This document shows positions 33,245-44,041 of a DNA stretch of 59,598 nt, piece by piece. The first letter of the stretch is position 1; each line of letters opens with the position of its first letter. The translations under genes were made by a program, and so were the position numbers. Source of the DNA: Stylophora pistillata (taxonomy: Eukaryota); the NCBI RefSeq assembly GCF_002571385.2, contig NW_019218306.1, positions 75,538 through 135,135 on the forward strand, in the 5' to 3' direction. The notes beneath the pieces were generated by a model. The model saw only the letters and a list, made by a program, of their open reading frames with translations, made no database searches and was not told where the DNA came from.

Positions 33245-36200
33245 CACCACACAACAAAATGTCTAATAAGATATATGTATTCATTTGATTTTTTAACTCA
33301 CCGTTCTTTCTCTTTTCAATTTCTTCTGCTCCAACTGTTCCTTCTAAAATGGGAAGAAAAAAAAGTCGAAATAATGAATTACAAAAATCAAGCACACTTT
33401 GACAAATTGAGTCGGAGTGATTAGTTCTAACTATAAAGCAATAGTTACAGCCTGAGAGGGCCTGAAGGTCATTCTTAAAACCAGTTAGCACGAGGAAAAA
33501 CACAGAGATCACAGTTCATTCCACTTACCGTCAAAGTAAACTGATCACATCCTTCAATGACAGGCCACATTATTCCATCGCCAACATAATCTTGCCATAA
33601 TGTTATCACCTACAAGTATTTTAAAACAGACCATCAGGAAATTGCACAACAATAACTGTACTGCATGGAACGAAAAATTCCAAATTGTCACAATTAGAAA
33701 TTTAAATCGCCTGATTCTCAGAGAGCCAGAAGTTGCTCTTTTCCACAACTTCCTCCTGTTGAAATTAACCTCATCAGACCATCTGAGAATCAGGTTAAAC
33801 TTTAAGTTACTGTGCACCCACCCCCCCCAACCCAACCAAAGTCCACCGGTAACAAGTTAGGGTCAATGTTATGTGGGAGGGGGGGGTGGTGTGCAGTTGA
33901 TACTGTCTTTTATCCAAAATGTTCACATTACTTGTTTAAAATTTTCTTTCCAGCCAAGATTGTATGGGTATCTAAAAAACTCGCCATTGGGCCGATGCCG
34001 GTCAGCCTGTCAAATGAAAGAGCAGTAATACTATATTAAGGTTGGCAGTGTTAAGTAATACCCAAATGAGCCATCATGTATTCCAATATATTGAGAGTAT
34101 GCACATTCTGTATTCAAGGATACATAGGAAGACATGTAATTATATTTTTTGCAATAATAATGAATACAAAACAAACATGCTCAAAACCTTCTCTACAATC
34201 CACCCTTCAATCGCTGTCTTGTTTGTTAATATTCCTTTCATCTAANNNNNNNNNNNNNNNNNNNNNNNNNNNNNNNNNNNNNNNNNNNNNNNNNNNNNNN
34301 NNNNNNNNNNNNNNNNNNNNNNNNNNNNNNNNNNNNNNNNNNNNNNNNNNNNNNNNNNNNNNNNNNNNNNNNNNNNNNNNNNNNNNNNNNNNNNNNNNNN
34401 NNNNNNNNNNNNNNNNNNNNNNNNNNNNNNNNNNNNNNNNNNNNNNNNNNNNNNNNNNNNNNNNNNNNNNNNNNNNNNNNNNNNNNNNNNNNNNNNNNNN
34501 NNNNNNNNNNNNNCACAGGTTGTCGAAACGTTGGTCACTACCACCGACAACAGTCCTTCTCAGGACTACACTCACCCAGACAATCAGACTACACCTTCAC
34601 ATGTTACCCACGGGTTCAAGCCATTTACTGCAAGTAGGGTTTAATTAAACAACAAATTCCCAGAAGTAAAATTACAAGAAATGTATCACAGCCTGAGTGA
34701 AAACAGTGAACGCTTAGGTCTTAAAAGTAAAAATTAAAGTAAACCTTATTTCACAAATCAATAAATAGGCATCAAGTAAACAAATCCACACAAAATTACC
34801 GTCCACATTTGCTACAGTGATGTGCACGGGGTGCTTTGTAACCTTTACACAGACCACAGTACTGCAACAGTGCTTTGCCTTTGTCATCATCCTGCAAAAG
34901 GGTTCATGTATATCATTAGCAGAGCATCACAAAGATCCTTATCTACAAATTTATTAAAGACCCAAGGACTTCTTTTCATTTTTTCTACACCCGAACAACT
35001 TTTAAAAGGCTGGAAAAAAAGTGAATCCAGCTTCCTATTTGGAATTGGATGGAAAAATGGCTTGTTTGAGGCAATGATTTCTTCACAAGTAAGCAAGAAA
35101 CTTTGCGTACACCAATGCAAAGTTAGTTGTCCAAGACCACTAGGTAGGAGTTTTTATAGCCCTCCTCACGCAGTTAATTCAGTTGGAAAACATTTCCAGT
35201 TCTCTAGAGGGATGGTGTTTACTCTCCATCAATCTGTCAAGTCTAGTGGCTTGTTTTTAATGCAGCAGAGGTTCCTGTCCAATACAATACATATATCTTA
35301 TTAGACATTTTGTTGTGTAGTATCGCTGATTAGTTTTATGAGTTATGCAGTATTTTGACGAGCCCATAGGGCTCATGAAAATACATATAGCGAGTAAAAA
35401 TACTCAGCGATACTACACAACAACACGTCTAATAAGTTATTTATTATCCGACATGCCAAACTGTTATTTCAGTGCAGGTGAATTTTGCAGATATTTATTT
35501 ACGGGGAGTGCGTGAATGAAGTATGCGAAGAGGAACGGAATTGGCACATTGTTGTGTTGTTGTTTCTATTTTCTTCCTTGAATGAAGAAACTTTGTGGTA
35601 GTCAAGCTGTTTTTCTTCGTTTGATTCATCTAACGAACTTGGATCTATATTTGCCAGCCATTCTGACTCTTCATCGTCGGAAATATGATTCAAATTGTCC
35701 ACCACTTTTTTTTTTCTTCGTAACTACAATCCAATTCTTCGCTTGCGCAATGCAAGAAAACCTGTTTAACCGGTACTCTACAATAGACGAGTACAAATAC
35801 TGTGTGATATTTGTACTCGTCTGTGCCATTATTTGTACTCATCTAGGTGTAGTTGGATAATAAAGTAATATATTCTTTATTTAATGAAGGTGACATAATT
35901 AACGCAATGAGTTATCTAACTTACGGCCTCCATTATGGTGGCCACCTACTAGGCTGATGAAAAGATCCCCATTAAGAATAATGGAAAGATAATACACACT
36001 CTGCAGGAAAATGAATATATTATGTCAAATATCATTTTAATACTGCTCACCGGTTTCCATCCTAAAGGAAGATATCCTGGTCCAAGAGTTATTGATTTAA
36101 TAAAGTAATTCATAATAAGAATCATCCATGAGATATATACTACTAAGTGCATCACGCTTGCAACTGAAGTCCAAGGAGGGTACCATAGCAGTATACAATA

Positions 36201-36275
36201 AAATCCACAAAGGAATAGAGTCCAAATAATTGATAACGCAAATAGTGGACCCCAATGACAAATTCCACGGTTCAT
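31607..36275 (-). CDS. ZDHHC6: Palmitoyltransferase ZDHHC6 (DHHC plus C-terminal SH3-like domain); middle exons not visible
   Basis: Exons 36051-36275 (MNRGICHWGPLFALSII...GPGYLPLGWKP), 34800-34891 (LQYCGLCKGYKAPRAHHCSKCGR), 33529-33609 (GDGIMWPVIEGCDQFTLT), 33302-33343 (KEQLEQKKLKRERT), ~32514-32659 (TPWTDEPRIKVETGDVILVTR), ~32070-32116 (WWLYGEK), 31607-~31707 (KGWFPRHCV...AKKDQ*, KKxx ER signal). Confidence 0.94.
32760..33275. mobile_element. Nested-palindrome non-autonomous element
   Basis: Two ~145 bp hairpins (cttatcagacgttttgttg...caacaaaacgtctaataag; 32765-32905 and 33123-33270) flank a core with 24 bp repeats gagtacaaataacgcacgagac. Same family as 35291-35865. Confidence 0.8.
34514..34630 (+). 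mobile_element. Second Penelope-like terminal repeat family (3' half of a hammerhead-like motif), truncated by N gap
   Basis: caggttgtcgaaacgttggtcac...aacagtccttctcaggactacactcacccagacaatca. A degenerate relative lies at ~25018-25095. The CUGANGA half would fall in the gap. Confidence 0.5.
35291..35865 (-). mobile_element. Non-autonomous element with terminal hairpin and a short remnant ORF (possibly Crypton-derived)
   Basis: Hairpin 35295-35440, internal inverted ends ttattatcc / ggataataa, and an acidic remnant ORF at 35499-35705 ending FKEENRNNNTT, reminiscent of the N-terminus of tyrosine-recombinase (Crypton) ORFs. Confidence 0.55.
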
Positions 36276-36591
36276 TTTCCAACGAAATGAGCATCGAACT
36301 CTAATCAAAATACATCTCAAGGTCTTCCAGGTAACATTTACATCCGCACTGTTAATAAATGTGTTAATCCTTCTTGTTAAGGCTTGTTTTGTTGCTTTTT
36401 ACGGACAGAATCCTCATAAATGTTCACTTTAATGCAAAACTTTGGCCAAGGCGGTCCAAAACAACAAGGCGTAATATTGCGGTATCCCATGAATCCTCTG
36501 TAGATTTGTCGTTCCCAGACTCCCCTCGATCCAGTATCCAAGATGGCGGATAGTTAATGAAGAAAAGTGTTATGAGTTAATCACGATCAAA
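36276..36591. promoter_or_regulatory. Bidirectional promoter shared by ZDHHC6 and LIG4
   Basis: Divergent ATGs only 316 bp apart; YY1-type motif CAAGATGGCGG at 36539-36549 and AAAATGGCGG at the LIG4 start. Confidence 0.75.
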
Positions 36592-39500
36592 ATGGCGGGA
36601 GTTTCATCCGCAGAAGTAGCAACTCAGGTTCCGTTTTATGATGTATGTGCTCTGTTAGAAAAGATAGCAGGCACAACAGGAACTGAAAAGAAGAAGAGAA
36701 TCTTGGCATCATTTGTTAAATCGTGGAGAGAAGCGCACGCTAAGTTGCATGGAACTTCGAAAACAGCTGAGTATATGTTGCATTGCTTGCTGTTAAATCT
36801 GACCTTCTTATATACCATTTGAGAATAAATTTTCTTTTGCCTGAGGGACTTTTATCTTCATATATACCTTTGATTACTACTGCGTCATGCATGTAGCATT
36901 TAACTTCTCCTTGATTATTATAACGATACATTACTCAACAAATGGATTGAGTGAAAACTTTATTTTAGCACGATAAGTAAAATCAGCATTGCTGGTGGGG
37001 TCGTGGTATGATAAGAATTAATTTACGAACATATCACCAAGCACAGTGGCTATTATGATGAAACATCTCTTATCCAGCCCTTCCCCAACTACTCCTCCCT
37101 TACCAATAATATTATTTCAGATCCTGGTTCCCCAGAGAAGGGCAATGGCATACCTAATATGGAGGGCAATGGCATACCTAATATGGAGGGTAATAGCATA
37201 CCTAATATGGAGGTTGGGGGAATAGCAATCAACTCTGGCTCACCTGCAGTTAGTTTGTACAATAAATTTATTTTATTTCTTCTGTCTCAGACTGACTCAT
37301 TCCACTCTGGTATGCGCCTGTTGCTTCCTCATCTTGACAAAGAACGAGGAGCTTATGGGATGAAGGAGGTTGGCATAGATGTGATTTTATTGAGTTTAAT
37401 CAGCAATAAATAAAAATAATAAATTAAAATTTCTGTAGTGCAAGAATTATAGGGAGATGCTTTCTTGCACTTTACAATCTTACAATCAGCAATGATATTA
37501 TAATCGTGCTTTACAATCAGCATTAATATTATAGTTTTAAAAGTTAAAATATATAACCCATAAAACTACATTAACTCCAAACTAGATAGAACTATTTGAT
37601 CAAAGTTCTTAAACCTTTTGACTGTTAAGAGTTTGTACATTATCTGCACAACAAACTGCATTAGGTAATTTATTCCATAACGCTGGCACAGCCACACTAA
37701 AACTACATTCACCAACTGTGCATAGAATAGTAGCATAGGTAAACTATTGATTTTTAAAAAATATTCCTTTTTTTTTCAGTAGCTTGACAGAGACTAAGGT
37801 CTTTTTAATTATTCAAAAACTACTCTTATTAATAAAGTTTTTTCCTTTTAATCGTAGGTTGTTCTTGCAAAATATTATATTGAAATATTAAGTATTGGGA
37901 AGGACTCTGCTGATGGCCGTAAACTGCTGAATTACAGAGCACCCAAAAATGTTAAACAGGTACAATACTTACACAGAGAAATTTATTCAACAAATAAAGT
38001 CTCTTGCTTGATTACTAATACTTACTTAATTACCTGCTAATTTTAATCTACAAAATGAGTTGAACACAGTCTTCCGGAGTCTTATTTCTTCTCTGCCATG
38101 TTTTCCTTTCTCAAAGTATAATAATTATTTATGATGGTCTCTGTAGCATTAATGCAAATAAAAGGTTGGATAGGTTGTTATGATCTATCAGAGGTAACCC
38201 TCATTCTCCGGGCCCCTGAATAATTTTTCTAGTTTCCTTGAAAGTCTACTTATACCTGCCTATTCACCTGGTTATTGAGAGTGACTGTTTAAGCAAACTG
38301 TCCCATCTCTACACAAAGTACATCACATGACTTGGTACAGATCTTTTATACCTGCCTATTCACTTGGTTATCGAGAGTGACTGTTTAAGCAAACTGTCCC
38401 AGGTCTAAACAAAGTGCATGACATGACCTGGCACAGATCTCTTGACCTGCAGTCAAACCATTTGGTGGCCAGGTCTCCCTTTTACTAAGGTTAGGGCAAA
38501 GTAGATGTCTGTAGTAGATTTAAAATCAAAATATTTTAGTTACCCTTGCTTTTCTCATCATGTAGGATTCTGTGGCTGATTTTGCAAGTGTTGCTTACTT
38601 TGTTTTGAGAAATAGATGTCCTGAAAAAGGAAGGTAAATGCTTTTTATACAATTCATCTTTCAAAATCTACATAAATCTGATTTTAATTTTCCCCACTAG
38701 AGGCTGAAAATTTCCTTTTAAACTGATTAAAATAATTTTGTTTTCAAATAAGTACCCTTTCCACTTCGTAAATGTGGTTTTTCTGTTAACCTGTCAGCAG
38801 AATTTTATTCTTGGAATTTTTGCCAAATGTCATTTATTTTTTGAAAGTTACAAGTTTATAGGTATTAGTATATGACCAATAGGCTCTCTGCAAATTAAAT
38901 CAAGACAATTATTATGGTGAAAAAATCAAATGGATACAATTATAGGATGATGTTTCAACTTATTGGGCAGTTTTTTCCCTTAGTCAGTAAATTACTGATT
39001 GGAGTTGAACATCTTGAAATACTCAGTTTAAAGATTGACCAAGTAAACAAGTACCTTGACCAGCTCGCCTCTGCAAATATTGATCATAAACGTGATGAAG
39101 CCAAGAAAGCTTTGCAGTTACTGCTACGTAACACAAGTGCTCTGGAACAGGTCTGTACGGTTTTTTTTATTTTGTATTAACATTTTGTGGTATCATTCAC
39201 TAGATGTCTATATTCAACATTAAACATTAGATTCTGGTAGATAACAGGGGTTAATTTTCTCATACAGAAATGGTTAATCAGGATAATTTTCAAGGTAAGT
39301 TTTGCTTTATCTGCCATAAATATGTCAATTAGATGACAGGATGATAATTAACAATTATTAGATGGGGTTCAGCATGATAGTGATAACTATGAAGGCAAAA
39401 GTTTGTGTTATCTGATGAAGCTGAAGGCTGAAGCAGATAACACAAACTTAAGCCTCGATAATCATCACCGTCATGTGAAAACGGAATCCAATAATTGTTT

Positions 39501-39872
39501 TATTATGCATATTCCTGAGCTGCACTTGTAAAGACAAAAGAGTGCATAAAATTGTTGTCTGTAGGTATGATGTTACTTGTACGTAAATAAAATCTTTTGT
39601 CTGTAGTTATGACCTAAGAGAATGTCTAATAACAATGATTTATTGCCCTTTACACCCTAACTGTAGTACTTAGCAGATTCTCCATACTGTTCTCTTTACA
39701 TATCCTTGGGTGTCAGAAGGGAGAATTTGTTCAACAATCCAGAGCATCTTAAAGAGTGTGATCATTTTCTTTATTCTCCCAATCTTTTATGTTTGATTCA
39801 GGGGTCACGTTGTAAAAAGGAATAAGGTGCTAGTCTCTCTAAGAGGTCAAAGGTAACTTAAACTATTAGAAT

Positions 39873-39903
<31 letters not shown>

Positions 39904-42900
39904 AATTAATAATTGATCATTATTATTAATAATTGCAATTTTATTTTACACAATCATTGCATTTGCCAGGAACTGAAGATTGGCCTCAGTGAGAACTCTG
40001 TATTTAATGTTTATCATCCAGATGCAATGGAACTGTTTGGAGTCTGTAACAGTCTACCCAAGGTTTGATGAAATAATTTATTCTAAATTCATTGGTAAAT
40101 TTTACTGTTTTTGGTGGAAATTAGTGTTGCTTTTAGGTTTTCATATTGAGTTTCACAGGATTTTGTGGATTTTATTTTATCTATCAAAGCCTCGGTAAAA
40201 ATAAATTTATAAGTTTTCAAACTTGCCAAAACTAAGATTGAAAACTTTCGCGAATTCTTTTCTATAAAATGCAATTAACCAATGTCCTTAAATCTCCAAG
40301 AACTTTTGAAAGGTAAATGCTTGACCCTTTCCACCCTAACATCAGAATACATATTCTCCATACTGTTCTCTACACATCTTATAAGGTCCTGACAAGGAGA
40401 ATTTGTTTTAAAAATCAAAACCTTCTTTAGCTGGTGATTATTTCCCTTTTTCTCATGACCTCAATGTGTGATTTAGGGGTGACTTTTAAGGAGAAATTAT
40501 GATGTACGATGCCATTCCAAACATTTTGTATCTCTAGAGGCAAAAGTTCTTTTAGTGTAGTAGAAGTTAATTTCAACTTTAAAGTATTAATTTGACCATA
40601 GTTAATTATGAAAAATTTGTTTGAAAGGTTTGTTTGGATCTTCATGATCCCAGCATTAGAATGAATGAAGCAGAGATGTCTTTGTTCTCACCATTTCGAC
40701 CAATGTTAGCTGAAAGAAAACACATCAGTGAGGCTAGTAAATCTATATTTTGTTTTCTTTGCAGTAGATTATCCATAATCACATTTCATTTGAATTACAA
40801 TTGTTTATGTTTGTGTGTTAGTTGCAGCTAGTAGACGTATTATTTTCTAAGGAAGGGGGTAACAATTCAAAAGGCTGAGAAACCCAAGGCGCTTTTTGTG
40901 TAAATGTAGCTCAGCAGAATTTATGATGATTTCTTTTGAGATTTTCTTCCTCATTGTGTCTATTCATAGGTGGAGAACGTAATGAACAATCAGTCATTTT
41001 ATATAGAAACCAAAATAGATGGTGAGAGAATGCAGCTTCATAAAGACAAAGACAGTTTTATGTACTTCTCAAGAAGGTACTAGTGTTTAAGTTCAACAGT
41101 TACAATTATTATTTTTTCTTATCTGCAAATCCCAAGAAAAACGTTTCACAAGACACAGCATTGTTTAAGACTTACTGATAGGTCCAGGTTGAAGTCTGTA
41201 CTTGGACTAACGTGCATGCATTTTGAAGCATGTTTAGGATTCTGAAACATGAGGTGATCAGGAGTTTTGCTCCTCCCTCCTCTCCCCCTCCCCCCTCCTT
41301 GGATGAGGTGTGGATGTTATCCCCATGCGTTTGAGTGTTTTCCATTACAGTTCAATAATACTGTAGCTCATTTATGTTGCAGGGTGAAACAAATAGTATT
41401 TCTATCATTTGACAAATTATACTGAATAAGGTGAAAGACATCTCATTTCCATGTTAACAAATTAAAATGTGAAGTTAAAGTGAGTCACAACAGTTGTATG
41501 CTAATTATGAAGGCATTATAATAAAATTATTATCAGTGAAAGCAGGTCCATATTGAGGAAAGAATTAGTAACATGGATTTTAAGTTGCTTTGAAAACTTA
41601 AAATGTACTGATCAATTTATTTTAATATATTTAATTTACAGTGCAAATGAATACACTCATGTATTTGGTGCAAACTCATCCTCTGGAGTTCTTACACCTC
41701 ACATTGCTGGTTGCTTCTCAAGGTATTTACAAATCTCTCACATTTCTTAGAATGTTCTCTGCAACTTGATACACTCTATCACTTGTAACAAGTTGCTAGC
41801 ATAAGGTAAACAGTTTAACAGAAGTTTCCTCTTGCAGAGATCAGATGTCTCCAAAATCAAACACTAGTGTATAAAAACACATACTGGTGTGAAATCAGAC
41901 ACCAGTGTTTGTAATCAGACACTAGTGTCTAAAATCAAACACTAGCATCCAAACTTGGACACTAGTTTCTTAAATTGGAGAGATCAGATATCTAACGTTG
42001 CTGCATTGTGAGTGACTCAAGTGTGGTCTTATATTAAATAATTGCAGAGTCTGATATTCTCTGTAATGTTAATTGATTTGTCAACATGTAGCTCTGTACA
42101 TTCATGTATCCTGGATGGAGAAATGGTTGTTATTGATCCAAAGACAGACACATGGCTGTAAGTTTAACTTTCCATAATTTTTTTCCTTATTTTGAATCCT
42201 TTTGTCCTTATCCCTTTTATTCCTTTTCTTTACTCTTTGTCTTCCTTTCTCTCTTGTTTGTGTTTTACTTACTTCCTCATTCATTTTCTTCTGTCCCTTC
42301 ATTGTGTTATCTTTGTATCCTTCCTTTTGCTTGTCTTCTTCTCTTTCCTGACTTCCCCCTCACTTGACTGTTCTCTCTTCCTTTTTTCCTTTCTATTTCC
42401 TTTCCTCTGCTATCATTTCTTGTAAACAATATCACTAAATTATAGACTAGACACCATATATGACCTGAACCAAATTCGGAATTTACTTTTGTTCATTTTA
42501 GGTCTAAGGGAATGAATGTTGATGTGAAATCCTTAACCGCTTATGAAAACGGTAAAGTAATAATGTCCTTCCAATGTTCGATGTAGAGAGTAATATTACC
42601 ATTATACTGCATTAAGTCTTGTAATGAGGTCAGATTGATTTGGGAACATAAGGTCGTCTAAAACTTACACGTGGATTTGCTGTGATCACTTGTGAATTTC
42701 TCGTCTTTGTCATTTTAGATCAAGGTCTTCACCCTTGCTTCATTGTGTTTGATATCCTAATCATAAACGATAAAAAACTGGCAAATGTTCCTTTGAATGA
42801 AAGAATCAAATCCATGGAAAAGTGAGTACATGTCAGTCACATGACTTTACATTTCAATTATTTGTGAGTTTCTTTGTACTGGTTGTATATAATGAAGTGT

Positions 42901-44008
42901 TGTTTGGGCAATGTTTGGCATATTTGATGAATTTGGTTTTTTTTTTTTTTTGTTATATGTTTTGCATGTTCTTCTAAATTTGTTGTAGAATGCTGAAGCC
43001 GAAGCCTGGATATCTTCAGTTTGTTGAGAGACAAGAAGCCATTTCTAAGTATGTATAATAGAACTGTATATAAAATAGTAAAAGCTAAAAGTTTGGAAGA
43101 TATTCCAACTTAATATCATACAGCACAACCAAAGTAATCTCAACAACCAATCAGAAATAATGAAAGTATCCCAAGAAACTAAGGAACTCTCGAAAAAAAA
43201 AAATTTATTTCAGTTGGGGGTAGTTTTGCCTCTGATTGGTTGAGAAAATTTTGCGAGATTTCTGAACCAATCGCTTGTCAAAGTAAAGCAAAACTGAACG
43301 GATTGAAAACACTCAGATTAGAATTCCTCCATTATTGACAAAGAGACTTTGTTTTCTTTGTAGTGAAGACGTGGTGAAAGCTCTTAACTCTGCAATTGAC
43401 AAGAGGGAAGAAGGCTTGGTTGTGAAGTCACCATCCTCTGTTTATAAACCAAACTCAAGAAGTGGTATGTGCATAACTGATTGCTGTGCATTTACATTGA
43501 TTTATTGTGAACTAGCTTACTTGACATTGTTCGTTATTCCAATTGCCTCTGTTTCCTGTGTACAACAGGCAGTGGCTGGGTGAAGATTAAACCAGAATAT
43601 GTCGACAGCCTCAGTGATGAGGTATGTTTTATTTCTAGCCTGATCATTATTGTTATAATTGTAATTTATTATCATTATTATCTTTATTTCATCATTATCG
43701 TTATCGTGATAGTCCTCGTTATCATCTATATCGTCATTGTCATCGTTTATCATTATACGGCAGTTCATACATCTAGATGCCCAAAATAAAAACAAGACTA
43801 TAGCTGTGGCTGGGTGATAAGCCATGGCCAGCCACAGCATCGACTAAGATCCATATATACAATTAAAAATAGAAATGAGTGAAAATAATTAAAGGAATTT
43901 GTAAATACTGTGAATGTCTTAATGTTCAATAATGTTCTATGGAAATCAATTCTAGTTCCACTGTTCATATGTAATATCTAGTGACTCAGCTTAAATGTCT
44001 ATTATTAC

Positions 44009-44041
<33 letters not shown>

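Noticed and set aside
37159-37290. MEGNGIPN repeat peptide as an alternative LIG4 N-terminus
   Set aside because: It is a 24 bp tandem repeat in intron 1 that happens to be in frame with exon 2; it runs through the polypyrimidine tract.
42160-42425. Hydrophobic or charged ORFs here, at 32178-32460 and at 43517-43840
   Set aside because: Low-complexity pyrimidine/purine or (ATT/ATC)n intronic tracts.
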